A DNA stretch of 64,000 nt, from assembly GCA_038087875.1 (NCBI GenBank), contig CM075996.1, positions 7,256,001-7,320,000 on the forward strand, written 5' to 3'. The stretch's first letter is position 1. Every line of letters starts with the position of its first letter. A program made the position numbers and the translations under genes. The notes below the pieces were generated by a model. It worked only from the letters and a program-made list of their open reading frames with translations, did no database searches and was not told the origin of the DNA. This DNA comes from Malacoraja senta. Taxonomy: Eukaryota. Positions 24,428-37,865 of this stretch are shown here, piece after piece.

Positions 24428-24915
24428 CATCACCACTTGGTTTGGGAACAGCTCCATCCATGAACGCAAGAAATTGCAGCGAATTGTGGACGCAGCCCAG
24501 ACCATCACTCAAACCAACCTCCCTTCCATTGACTCCATCTACACCTCACGCTGCCTCGACAAGGCCAGCAGCATAATCAAGGACCAGTCTCACCCCCCTG
24601 GTCACTCCCTCTTCTCCCCTCTCCCATCGGGCAAGAGGTACAGAAGTGTGAAAACGCACACCTCCAGATTCAGGGACAGTTTCTTCCCAGCTGTTATCAG
24701 GCAACTGAACCATCCTGCCACAACCAGAGAGCAGTGCTGAACTAATATCGGACTCTCCTTGATCGGACTGTACTTGCTTTACCTTGCACTGAATGTTATT
24801 CCCTTATCATGTATCTGTACACTGTGAACGGCTCGATTGTAATCACGTATTGTCTTTCCGCTGGCTGGTTAGCACACAACTTTTCGCTGCACCTCAGTAC
24901 ACATGACAAAAAGCT
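24428..24915 (+). mobile_element. Rex1/Babar LINE 3' fragment
   Basis: WFGNSS..RKKLQRIV..SIIKDQSHP.GHSLFSPLPSGKRYRS..RFRDSFFP. Confidence 0.85.
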
Positions 24916-25393
24916 GAACTGAAGATGGACACAAAATGCTGGAGCAACTCAGCGGGACAGGCAGCATCATCTCTGGAGAGAAGGGATGGGTGACGTTTCG
25001 GGTCGGAGACCCTTCTTCAGGCTCTGAACTCAACCCATCCTTTTTCTCCAGGGCCGCTGCCTGACCCGCTGAGTTACTCCAGCACTTTGCGACTATCCGT
25101 ATAAACAGAAAGGCCAGGGGACGGTCAGCAGGTCGGGCAGCATCTGTGGAGAGAGAAGCGGAATTAACACTTGGTCAGAAGATGCCAGTGGAATCTGTGG
25201 AACTCATTGCCACAGAGGGCTGTGGAGGCCAAGTCGGTGGATATTTTTAAAGCAGAGATGGACAAATTCCTGATTAGAACGGGTATCAAGGGTTATTGGG
25301 AGAAGGCAGGAAAATGGGATTAGGAGGCAGAGATCAGCCTTGATTGAATGGCCGGAGTAGACTCGATGGACTAATTCAACTCCTACAGGGAGT

Positions 25394-25755
25394 GGACGAC
25401 AGATGGCGCAATGGGCTAAGTGTTCGGCTGGCAACCGGAAGGTAGCCGGTTCGAATCCCGCTTGGGGAGTGCATACTGTTGTTGTGTCCTTGGGCAAGAC
25501 ACTTCACCCACCTTTGCCTGTGTGTGAATGTGTGAGAATGTGTGTGAATGTGTGTGAGTGACTGGCGGTGGTCGGAGGGGCCGTAGGCGCAGATTAGCAG
25601 CCACGCTTCCGTCAGTCTGCCCCAGGGCAGCTGTGGCTACAGAAGTAGCTCACCACCACCGAGTGTGACTGAGGAGTGAATGAATAATGCGATGTAAAGC
25701 GCCTTGAGTATCAGAAAGGCGCTATATAAATCCCATCCATTATTATTCATTATTA
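25394..25755 (+). mobile_element. tRNA-derived CORE-SINE with L2-type tail (AFC-like)
   Basis: A box TGGCGCAATGG (25404) and B box GGTTCGAATCC (25448). CORE-like TGTGTCCTTGGGCAAGACACTTCACCC; tail TGTAAAGCGCCTTGAG..AAAGGCGCTATATAAAT..(TTA)n. Confidence 0.85.
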
Positions 25756-26999
25756 CAGCCTGTACACTTGTGGAGGGAGGTGCCAGTGCAGTCCTGGATG
25801 ATAGTGGGTAGCATTTAACAAGAACCCAGTATGTTTACAATCTCAAAGAGGAAGAAGGGCCTCGACCCGAAACGTCACCCATTCCTTCTCCCCAGAGACG
25901 CTGCCTGTCCCGCTGAGTTACTCCAGCATTTTGTGTCTACCTTCAGTGCAGAGGTAACACAGGCCAGGAAACTTCCACCATCAGTGAGGACATTCTGGAT
26001 AGTTCACAGAAAACAGAAAATACAACAATTTGAGGTGGGTAGCTTAGTAATGAGTGAGAAACAGAAACTAGGTGCAGGAATAGGCCATTCGGCCCATCCA
26101 GCCAGCACCACCATTCAATATGGTCATGGCTGATCATCCACAATCAGTACCCCGTTCCTGCTTTCTCCCCATATCCTTGATTCCGTTAGCCCCAAGAGCT
26201 CTATTCTAACTCTCTCTTGAAAACATCCAGTGAATTGGCCTCCACTGCCTTCTGCGGCAGAGAATTCCACAGATTCACAACTCTCTGGGTGAAAATGTTT
26301 TTTCCTCATCTCAGTCCTAAAATGGCCTACCGCTGTTTCTTAAACTGTGACCCCTGGTTCTGGACTCCCCCAACATGGGGAACATTTTCCCTGCATCTAG
26401 CCTGTCCAATCCTTAAGATGGAGAAGCTAGCTCCTAGAGAAGAAAAATACTGCAAAAAAACAAAGCAAATAACAAAATGTACAATTAACTTTAAATGCCA
26501 TTTGAATTTTATCCTGGTAGCTTCATGTTTTAATGTACGGACGATGTGGAGCAAGGAACTGCAGGTGCTGGTTTACACCGAAGATAGACACAAAACGCTG
26601 GAGTAACTCAGCGGAACAGGCAGCATCTCTGGAGAGAAGGAATGGGTGACGTTTCGGGGTCGAAGCCCTTCTTCAGACTGAGAGTCAGGGGGGAGGGAGA
26701 CACAGAGATATGGAGGGTAAGGTGTGAAAACGAGAGATCAAACAGGACGAGGCTCAAAGAGAATGTAGAACGGATGATTGTTAGCTAGGGGAGGGTGACA
26801 CGGAGGCAGGCGTACAATGTGTGTTACAAGATGCCTGGTACAAAATCCATTTGATTTTTGCTTGCACTAATTTCATACATGCGGTATTTCAATGAAACCG
26901 TCACTGACCTCTAATACAATTGTAGACTGTGTCCTTGCACTTAATTTCTTCGATGAGATAGCTTGCATTAATTCTGCATCGCTCACCTTTCAAAGACTA

Positions 27000-27605
27000 T
27001 CTGTCTGTCTCTCTCTCTCTTTCTTTCTTTCTGCCTCTCTCTATATATCCCTTTCTATTTACCCATCTACATATCTCTCTCCCAATCTCTCACTTCCTAT
27101 CTCTCTATCTATATCTCTCTCCTTCTATCCCTTTCTCCCTCTATCCCCTTCTCCCTCTCTATCCCCTTCTCCCTCTCTCACTATCTCTATCTCTCTCTCT
27201 ATATATATATCCCTCTCTCTCTCACCCTCTCTCTCTCTCCCTCTCACTATCTCTATCTCTCTCTATATATATATATATCCCTTTCTCTATCCCCTCTCTC
27301 TCTATATATATATATATCCCTTTTCTCTATCCCCTCTATCTCTCTCTCTCTGTATATATATCCCTTTCTCTATCCCCTCTCTCTCTCTCTCCTTCTCTCT
27401 CTATATATATATATCCCTCTCTCTTCCCCCTCTATCTCCCCTCTATCTATCTCACTATCTCTATCTCTCTATATATATATATCCCCTTTCTCTCTCCCTC
27501 TCTCTCTCTATCTATCTCTCCCCTATATCTCCCTCTCTCTCTCACTATCTCTCTCTCTCTCTATATATATATATATACAGTATTTATCCCCCTGCCCCCT
27601 CTCTC
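27000..27605. repeat. CT/TA-rich low-complexity tract
   Basis: Direct reading. Confidence 0.9.
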
Positions 27606-27621
27606 ACACACACAACCTCAC

Positions 27622-27790
27622 CTGGGGAGTGGAGCTTGTTTATTGTCCTACAGCCTTGGAGCAGATTGGCCCAGGAGCGAGAGGGGACGGAGCCCGGAGC
27701 CCGGAGCCAGGAGCGCCGCTGCTACAATAGCAACCATCTGATCCAGCAAACCCCATGGAAAACAGTGATGGCCATGCCTTAAAGGACGAC
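27622..27790 (-). other. Candidate non-coding 5' exon of the Kir6 gene
   Basis: Island of unique GC-rich sequence among repeats. It ends in a near-consensus donor CAG|GTGAGG (exon end 27622) on the same strand as Kir6, implying an intron of about 11.3 kb to the 16367 acceptor. The 5' boundary is a guess. Confidence 0.5.
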
Positions 27791-27997
27791 TTAAGGGCAA
27801 GTGCAGGGTTTTATTTTGCCAAATCGCCACCGGAGCACAGATGCCTCTTAAAGGGAAAGTGCCCAGTCAAAATGTTGGATGCAATCTCAAGATATAACAG
27901 GCAAAATGTTTGCTTTGAATCTCTGAGGGTAATTATATTTACTTCCAGTACTTATATATATTATATAACTCAACTAATATATAAGTAACTCAACTAA

Positions 27998-28020
27998 TAT
28001 ATAAGTACTGGAAGTGTGTG

Positions 28021-28057
<37 letters not shown>

Positions 28058-28072
28058 TACTGGAAGTGTGTG

Positions 28073-28146
<74 letters not shown>

Positions 28147-28174
28147 TAATATATATAAGTACTGGAAGTGTGTG

Positions 28175-28217
<43 letters not shown>

Positions 28218-28232
28218 TACTGGAAGTGTGTG

Positions 28233-28275
<43 letters not shown>

Positions 28276-28300
28276 TATATATAAGTACTGGAAGTGTGTG

Positions 28301-28346
<46 letters not shown>

Positions 28347-28370
28347 AGTACTGGAAGTGTGTGCTGTATA
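27998..28370. repeat. (TA)n array punctuated by six copies of AAGTACTGGAAGTGTGTGCTG
   Basis: Copies at 28003, 28055, 28157, 28215, 28283 and 28346. Confidence 0.92.
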
Positions 28371-28397
28371 CATATATATATATATGTGTGTGTGTGC

Positions 28398-28435
<38 letters not shown>

Positions 28436-28849
28436 CTGTATATATATGTATATATATATACATACATACACACACACACACACATATATACATACATATA
28501 TGTGTGTGTGTTGTGTATATGTGTATATATATATATATATGTATAATTCACACACATATATACAAAGGTAGACACAAAATGCTGGAGTAACTCAGCGGGA
28601 CAGGCAGCACCTCTGGAGAGAAGGAATTGGTGATGTTTCAAGTTGAGATCCTTCACATACATATATGTGTGTGTGTATATATATATATATGTATATGTGT
28701 GTGTGTACATGTGTATATATATGTGAAGATAGACACAAAATGCTGGAGTAACTCAGCGGAACAGGCAGCATCTCTGGAGAGAAGGAATGGGTGACGTTTC
28801 GGGTCAAGACCCTTCACATACATATATGTGTGTATGTATATATATATAT

Positions 28850-29277
28850 ATGTGTGTGTGTGTACATGTGAATATATATATGTGTGTGTACATGTGTATA
28901 TATACGTGCGTGTTTATGTATGTGTGTGTGTGTACATGTGAGATATATTTGTGTGTACATGTGTATATATACGTGCGTGTTTATGTATGTGTGTGTACAT
29001 GTGAATATATATGTGTGTACATGTGTATATATACGTGCATGTTTATGTATGTGTGTGTGTGTGTACATGTGAATATATATGTGTGTGTACATGTGTATAT
29101 ATACGTGCGTGTTTATGTATGTGTGTGTGTGTGTACATGTGAATATATATGTGTGTACATGTGTATATATACGTGCGTGTTTATGTATCTGTGTGTGTGT
29201 GTACATGTGAATATATATGTGTGTGTACATGTGTATATATACGTGCGTGTTTATGTATGTGTGTGTGTGTATATATC
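28850..29277. repeat. TG/TA compound minisatellite (about 65-70 bp unit, about 6 copies)
   Basis: Recurring GTACATGTGAATATAT..GTACATGTGTATATATACGTGCGTGTTTATGTAT. Confidence 0.88.
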
Positions 29278-29427
29278 AAGTATAATTTGCTCATTAAGTA
29301 TTTACATTTGATGGGCAGGAATCAGGACTCAGCAAGGAGCTTTGAATTTTTTGAGGAATTGCATCTTCATGAGAAAGTGAGTGAGAAAAAAACTGCCAGC
29401 CATCAACTGATGGCATAAGAGCAGGAA

Positions 29428-29739
29428 TAGACTTTAGACTTTAGAGATACTGTGCAGAAACAGGCCCTTCGGCCCACCGAATCCGCACCGACCAGTGATC
29501 CCCGCACACTAACACTATCCTACACAGACTAGGGACAATTTACAATGTACCGAAGCCAATTAGCCTACAAACCTGTATGTTTTGGGGTGTGTGGGAAGAA
29601 ACCGGGGCACCCGGAGAAAACCCACCAGGTCACGGGGAGAATGTACAAACTCCGTACAGGCAGCACCCGTGGTCAGGATCGAACCCGGGTCACTGGGGCT
29701 GTGAGGCAGTGCCTCTACCGCTGCGCCACCGTGCCGCCC
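29428..29739 (-). mobile_element. HE1/V-SINE-like SINE
   Basis: Full-length reverse copy. Confidence 0.85.
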
Positions 29740-29913
29740 ACTCTGAGAGTCATTGCATTCACTTCCAGTACTTGCATTTTTAGGCCAGGGATCGGCAAGG
29801 ATCTTTGTATTTTTTGAGCAGTTGCATCTTCATGAGAAAATGGGGCAGAGAAAAATAAAAATATGGGGATATATTAGTATTCAGTATATAAAAAATCATA
29901 CTCAAATCACACG

Positions 29914-30400
29914 CAGTGCAGCGTAGGTTTACAAGGTTAATTCCCGGGATGGCGGGACTGTCATATGCTGATAGATTGGAGCGGCTGGGCTTGTACACTC
30001 TGGAGTTTAGAAGGATGAGAGGGTATCTCATTGAAACATATAAGATTGTTAAGGGTTTGGACACGCTAGAGGCAGGAAACATGCTCCCGATGTTGGGGGA
30101 GTCCAGAACCAGGGGCCACAGTTTAAGAATAAGGGGTCGGCCATTTAGAACGGAGACGAGGAAACACTTTTTCTCACAGAGAGTGGTGAGTCTGTGGAAT
30201 TCTCTGCCTCAGAGGGTGGTGGAGGCCGGTTCTCTGGATACTTTCAAGAGAGAGCTAGATAGGGCTCTTAAAGATAGCGGAGTCAGGGGATATGGGGAGA
30301 AGGCAGGAACGGGGTACTGATTGGGGATGATCAGCCATGATCACATTGAATGGCGGTGCTGGCTTGAAGGGCCGAATGGCCTACTCCTGCACCTATTGTC
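29914..30400 (+). mobile_element. CR1 LINE 3' fragment
   Basis: ORF 29916-30320 is the CR1 ORF2 C-terminus. Confidence 0.88.
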
Positions 30401-30564
30401 CATTCTCACACACACACACACACACACACACATGTATATATATATATTTTTTGAGTGATACAGGATAAACAGAGGCCTTTCAGCCTGTTGTGACTGTGAA
30501 TAAAAAACTATATATATATATATATGTATATATAGTCTGAATGAGGGTTTCGACCTGAAACGTA

Positions 30565-31098
<534 letters not shown>

Positions 31099-31535
31099 CA
31101 ATAAATAATAAGAGTGCAAAGTCAAAAATAATGTTGGCAAGTCTATGCATTTTGGAGCCTATTTGGACCTACATGTCTGTGGGATGTGGGAGGAAGCCGG
31201 AGCAACTGGAGGAAACCTATGCGGTCACTGGGAGAACGTACAAACTCCACACAGACAGCACCCGAGGTCAGGATCGAACCCAGATCTCTGGCGCTGTAAA
31301 GCAGCGACTCTACCGCTGCACCACCGTGGCATGTAGGTCTTTGATGACATTGGTGCCAACCTATTGAAAGGGTTTACCCAGAGCCCCGTGCCACCTCGCC
31401 TCTGAAGCATCCATTGGCATACGGAGTGCGTGACTGAATCTGGTCCCGCTGTACATCTTGGATCACGGCCACTCACTGAAGTTCCTGTTCTTTACCCTTC
31501 ACCCATCCCATAGTTTGCTATATGATACAAAACTT

Positions 31536-31823
31536 GCACGGTGGCGCAGCGGTGGAGTTGCTGCCTCACAGCGCCAGAGATCCGGGTACGCTCCTGACCA
31601 CTGGTGCTGTCTGTACGGAGTTTGCACGTTCTCCCAATGACCGTTTTCTCCGGGTTCTCCGGTTTCCTTCCACACTCCAAAGACGTGCAGGTTTGTAGGT
31701 TAATTGGCTTCTGTAAATTGTCCCTAGTGCGTAGGATAGAAGTAGTGCATGGGGTGATCGCGGACTGGGCGGGCCGAAGGGCCTGTTTCCACGCTGTATC
31801 TCTAAACTAAACTAAACCGAACT
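31536..31823 (+). mobile_element. HE1/V-SINE-like SINE
   Basis: Same family consensus. Confidence 0.82.
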
Positions 31824-34042
31824 AAAGGGCTCTGAGGTAACTCAGCGTGACGGGCAGCGTCTCTGGAGAGAAGGAACGGGTGACGTTTCGGGTCAAGACT
31901 CTCCTGCAGACTGGAGAAGGGTCTCGACCCGAAGCCGAAACGTCACCCATTCCTTCCCTCCAGAGATGCTGCCTATCCCGCTGAGTTACTCCAGCATTTT
32001 GTGTCTCTAAAAGGAATCATGAATAGAGTGAAGGAAGGGGGAGGGGGGAAGGGTCGATTTCATCTTGGACGCCCAGAATTGGTCCCCAGTGCATCTTAAG
32101 CCACAGCTCCTGACTCACAGAGTCAGTCACATTCTTCTGCCTGAACCTTACAAGGGGATGCAATCAAATATTTTTCCACTTGCTCGTGAAAGGCCGACTG
32201 CGCACCCTTGCATGTCCAAGAGTTTCTTAGTGTGGAATCTGGCTCTTCGGCCCATCACGTCCATGCAGACCAAAGATTCTTGATTAGTACGGGTGTCAGA
32301 GGTTATGGGGAGGAGGCAGGAGAACGGGGTTAGGAGGGAGAGAATGGGTGACGTTTCGGACTGGGACCCTTCTTCAGACTGATGTCTGACGTCACCCATT
32401 CCTTCTCTCCAGAGATGCTGCCTGTCCTGATGAGTTACTCCAGCATTTTGTGTCTACCTTCGATTTAACCCAGCATCTGCAGTTCTTTCCTACACTATAT
32501 AAATGCTATATATAAATGTTTGAGTTAGATATAGCGCTTTCTCTCCAGAGATGCTGCCTGTCCCGCTGAGTTACTCCAGCATTTTGTGTCTATCTTCTAG
32601 CATTTATATACCACTGTGGTGAGACCTCACCTGGGGTACTATGCACAGTTTTGTTCTCCTTGTCTACTCCTTGGTACATTTCTACCGCACCCGTGCAGTG
32701 TCACACTGAGTGGAAACAGGCCTTCGGCCCAACTTGCCCATGCCGCCCACCATGTCCCAGCTACACTAGTCCCACCTACAGGTGTTTGGCCCAGATCCCT
32801 CTAAACCCGTCCTATCCATGTACCTGTCCAAATGTTTCTTAAACGCTGCAATGGAATTTAATATTAAAAGTCTTAACACATTTGGTATGCTCATGTTCAT
32901 AACTTCTAGGAGCAGAATTAGGCCGTTCAGCCCATTAAGTCTATTCAATCATGGCTGATCTATCTTTCCCTCTCATCCCATTCTGCTGCCTTCTCCCCGT
33001 AACCCCTGACACCCGTACTAATCAAGAATCTATCTATCTCCGCCTTAAAGATATACTTTGACTTGGCCTCCACAGCCGTCTGTGGCAATGAATTCCACAG
33101 ATTCACCACCTTCTGACTAAAGAACCTTTTTCTCATTTTCTTTCCAAAGGTACGTCCTTTTATTCTGAGGCTGCGCCCTCTGGTCCTAGACTCTCCCACT
33201 AGTGGAAACATCCTCTCCACATCCAGTCTATCCAGGCCTTTCGCTATTCGGTAAATTACACTTGCAAAATAAAAGGGTTATTCACGGTGAGAACAGCAAT
33301 GAAGCAGGTTTGTCGTTCAAATATTATTTCCTTGTCAAAGACGGTGGCGCAGCGGTAGAGCTGCTGCCTCACATCGCCAGAGACCAGGGTTCGATCCTGA
33401 CTACGGATGCTTGTCTGTACGGAGTTTGTACGTTCTCCCTGTGTCCTACGAGGGTTTTCTCCAAGATCTTCGGTTTCCTCCCACACTCCAAGGACGGACA
33501 TGTTTGTAGGATAATTGGCCTGGTATAAATGTGAAATTGTCCCTAGTGTGTGTAGGCAAGTGTTAATGGTCGGGGCCGGACTTTGTGGGCTGAAGGGCCT
33601 TTTTACGCTCTGTATCTCTAAACAAAACTAGGAAAATAAATAACACCAACGTCTGAAAACTGGATTGGACGCGATGAAGATAGGCAATGAAAATTGTGAA
33701 GGTTATTAATCCACCATCATAATTCAGGATATTTTGAGGGTTTGGTGGTAGATTGTGAGATTACTTAGAACAAAGAACAGTACAGCACAGGAAGAGGCCC
33801 TTCTGCCCACATGTGCCGAACATGATGCCAACCCAGACTAACCTCCACTGCCTGCACTCAGTTCATGTTTCAGGTCAGTTTTCACATTGCCAACGACTGC
33901 AGTTACTTTGATTTTCTTTTTTGTTTTCAACATAGAATGTACAACAATACAGCGCAGGTACAGGCCCTTCGGCCCACAATATTTGTGTCAGACACCATGT
34001 CGTTAAAACAGTTTCATTCAATGGTTTATTATTATCTTATGA

Positions 34043-34170
34043 CTCTCTCTCTCTCCGTCTCTCTCTCTTTCTTTCTATCCCTCTCTCTCTCTCTCTTCCT
34101 CTCCCCCTACCACACCCTCTCTCCCTCGCTTTCCCTCTCCCCTACCTCTTTCTCTCTCTCTCTCATCTCT

Positions 34171-34204
<34 letters not shown>

Positions 34205-34479
34205 CCTCTCCCACCCTCTCCTCCCTACCTCTCTCTTCTTCCTCACTCTCTGTCCCTCTCTCTCTGTCTCTCTCCATCTCTCTCTCTTCTTCCTCTCTCT
34301 CTCTCTATCTCTCTGTCTGTCTCTCTCTCTCTCTCTGTCCCCCTCTCTCTTCTTTCTCTCTCTCTGTCCCCCTCTCTCTCTCTCTCTCCTCTTCATCTCT
34401 CTCTCTTCTTCCTCTCTCTCTCTCTCTCTCTCTCTGTCCCCCCCTCTCTCTCTCTGTCTCTGTCTGTCTCTGTCTCTTC

Positions 34480-34523
<44 letters not shown>

Positions 34524-34674
34524 CCTCTCCCACTTACTCTCCCTCTCTCTGTTTCTCTCTCTCTCTGTCTCCCACTCTCTCTCCCTCTCTCCCTACCTCA
34601 CCCTCTCTCTGTCTCTCTGTCTGTCTCTCTCTCTCTCTCTCTGTCTCTCCTCTTCATCTCTCTCTCTCTTCTTC

Positions 34675-34711
<37 letters not shown>

Positions 34712-34772
34712 TCTCTCTGCCCCCCTCTCTCTGTCTCTCTCTCTCTCTCTGTCTCTCTCTCTGTCTCTCTCC
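34043..34772. repeat. Long (CT)n polypyrimidine tract
   Basis: Direct reading. Confidence 0.95.
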
Positions 34773-35884
34773 CCCGCAGCCAGCATTGATGGTGCAGAGG
34801 GGAAAGACCCCGGTTCACTCTCTCACCGGCTCTTCCTCCTCGTGTCCGTCATCGCTGTCTCCCACCGTCCCCCTCTCTCGTGTTCCTGTCCTGGGGGGAC
34901 GCCCATGGTCCGGCATGGCGGCCCACCCTTCCATCGACTGCATCTCCACCTCGCGCTGCCTCGGCAAGGCCAGCAGCATCATCAAGGACCAGTCTCACCC
35001 CGGCCACTCCCTCTTCTCCCCTCTCTCCCATCAGGCAAGAGGTACAGAAGTGTGAAAACGCACACCTCCACATTCAGGGACAGTTTCTCCTCAGCTGTTA
35101 TCATCCTGCCGCAACCAGATTGGAGACCCTCAGACTATCCTTGATCAGACTTTGCTGGCTTTACCTTGCAGATACGTTGTTCCCTTATCATGTATCTGCA
35201 CACTGCTAATGGCTCGATTGTAATCGTGTATTGTCTTTCTGCCGACTGGATAGCAGCAACAAAAGCCTTTCACTGTACGCGACAATCTGAACTGATCCAC
35301 ATGTGTAGGAAGGAACTGCAGATGCTGGTTTAAATCGAAGGTAGACACAAAATGCTGGAGTAACTCAGCGGGACAGGCAGCATCTCTGGAGAGAAGGAAT
35401 GGGTGACGTTTCGGGTCGACACCCTTCTCCAGACCATATCCTTCCATTCCCTGTCCACGTTTCCTATCTAAGTGCCTCTCAGATGCCACGCTTGCGTCTG
35501 CCTTTGCCACCACCCCTGGCAGCGCGTTCCAGGCACCCACCACCCTCTGTGTGAAAAAGCCATGGCCTACTCCTGCACCTATTTTCTATGTTTCTATGCT
35601 TCTAACTCCTGGACGGGGAGAAAACATGGAGAATGGGGTTAGGAGGGAGAGATAGATCAGTCATGATTGAATGGCGGAGTAGACTCGATGGGCCGAATGG
35701 CCTAATTCTGCTCCAATCACTTGTGAAGTGATGAACACCCACTCCCTCCAGTGACATGCTGTTTCTACTTCTGATGGAAGGCCACCTTCTTAAATGTTTT
35801 TCCCTCCCTCCGTTGATGCTGTCAGATCTGCTAAGTACTTTTGTTTCACTTTTGTACTGTGTCTTTGCCAGTTGTAGTTCCAAT

Positions 35885-36618
35885 CAAAGATCCTCTAGCG
35901 GAGCAAGATGGACCACTCCTGCTAAATGCAATGGGCTGGCGTGTAGTACGCAACGGAGCGCAACGTGGGCCTTTGTTTCATCCATTTCAGTAACCGGACC
36001 CGACCCGACCCGACTCGCAGTGTAATCAACGTGGGGAAGTCCAGGACAAGGGGTCACAGCTTAAGGATAAGGGGGAAATCCTTTAAGACCGAGATGAGGA
36101 AAAACGTTTTCACACAGAGAGTGGTGAATCTCTGGAATTCTCTGCCACAGAGGGTAGTTGAGGCCAGTTCATTGGCTATATTTAAGAGGGAGTTAGATGT
36201 GGCCCTTGTGGCTAAAGGGATCAGGGGGTATGGAGAGAAGGCAGGTACGGGATACTGAGTTGGATGATCAGCCATGATCATATTGAATGGTGGTGCAGGC
36301 TCGAAGGGCCGAATGGCCTACTCCTGCACCTATTTTCTATGTATCTATGTAACGTTGCGGGGGAACAGTTTGTGTTAATAAATTATAATTCTGAAAATGA
36401 GGAGAAGATTTTTACCAAAGAAACTTTGATTTTTACGAGGATGTTTCCGTAACCGGCTTCGGTCTCCGCACTAGTTATCTTTGCTCCGCTATGGGATCTT
36501 TGGTGCGGAGACGGAAGCCGGTTACGGAAATGGGGCCGAAAATTGCCCATGAATCTGCCCATGACCGTACTACGTCTTTTTCGTCAAGTGATCTATCTTG
36601 CTTGTTATAGGATCTTTG
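35885..36618. mobile_element. Non-autonomous DNA transposon with 8-bp TSD, P-element-like termini, nested CR1 fragment
   Basis: Ends CAAAGATCCT.. / ..AGGATCTTTG with perfect TSD GTTCCAAT (35877-84, 36619-26). A CR1 3' fragment is inserted at about 36031-36348. The superfamily call is an inference. Confidence 0.78.
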
Positions 36619-36850
36619 GTTCCAATTAGTCTGTAGCAGGGATGCCAATTGGACTCTGCTCACTAGCGACACCTGCTAGCGGGATCCTGAACTGCAGCCC
36701 CTGAATCATGGAGCTCTTCCAGCCGCAATAAACAAGGGTTCTTGTAAATGAAGCATTATTGCAAAGAGATTCATGCAGCAAGTTGCATTGTAATTTAAAT
36801 GTCACAGGGACATTTTTTTAAATGTTTTATTCTTTTATGTTTTATCCACA

Positions 36851-37865
36851 GCTTGGTTTGGGAGCAGCTCCATCCATGAACGCAAGATATTGCAGCGAAT
36901 TGTGGACGCAGCCCAGACCATCACACAAACCAGCCTCCCTTCTATTGACCCCATTTACACCTCACGCTGCCTCGGCAAGGCCAGCAGCATAATCAAGGAC
37001 GAGTCGCACCCTGACCACTCCCTCTTCTCCCCTCTCCCATCAGGCAAAAGATATAGAAATGTGAAAACGCACACCTCTAGATTCAGGGACAGTTTCTTCC
37101 CAGCTGTTATCAGGCAACTGAACCATCCTACCACAACTGAACCATCCTACCACAACCAGAGAGCGGTGCTGAACTATTATCTACCTCTTTGGTGATCCTT
37201 GGACTATCTTTGATTGGACTTTGCTGGCTTTACCTTGCACTAAACGTTATTCCCTTATCATGTATCTACACAATGTAAATGGCTTGCAATGATGCAATGA
37301 GGTTGCTACTTCGTGTCCCTAGATGGCATAGTGCCAGTCAATTGTTTGTGTCCACTAGAGTGCCAACCTGTGAGGCACTCTGCATGCTGACCGGTTGCAT
37401 CGTGGCTTGGTTCGGCAACTTGAGTGCCCTGGAGAGGAAAAGACTACAAAAAGTAGTAAACACTGCCCAGTCCATCATCGGCTCTGACCTCCCTTCCATC
37501 GAGGGGATCTACCACAGTCGCTGCCTCAAAAAGGCTGGCAGCATCATCAAGGACCCACACCATCCTGGCCACACATTCATCTCCCTACTACCTTCAGGTA
37601 GAAGGTACAGGAGCCTGAAGACTGCAACGACCAGGTTCAGGAACAGCTACTTCCCCACAGCCATCAGGCTATTAAACCTGGCTCGGACATAACACTGAAC
37701 TTTATTAGCCAATACTGTTATTTGCACTTTATCAGTATATTGACCATTGTGTATATATTTATAGAATGCCTTGTAGTAAATGCCTACTATGTTCTGTTGT
37801 GCTCAAGCAAAGCAAGAATTTCATTGTCCTACCAGGGACACATGACAATAAACTCACTTGACTTG
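36851..37865 (+). mobile_element. Two adjacent Rex1/Babar LINE 3' fragments
   Basis: ORFs 36890-37195 and 37381-37690 carry IIKD.SHP.H / LPSGRRYRS motifs. Confidence 0.82.

Noticed and set aside
23194..24740. Six long ORFs (350-500 aa) in all frames
   Set aside because: Produced by a stop-free 18-bp minisatellite running into a LINE fragment.
25394..25470. tRNA gene
   Set aside because: A/B boxes are present but continue into CORE and L2-tail sequence with no acceptor stem or T-run terminator, so this is a SINE head. The same applies to the HE1-type heads.
27998..28370. CRISPR-like look: 21-bp constant motif with spacers
   Set aside because: Spacers are pure (TA)n of variable length, the context is eukaryotic and there are no cas genes.
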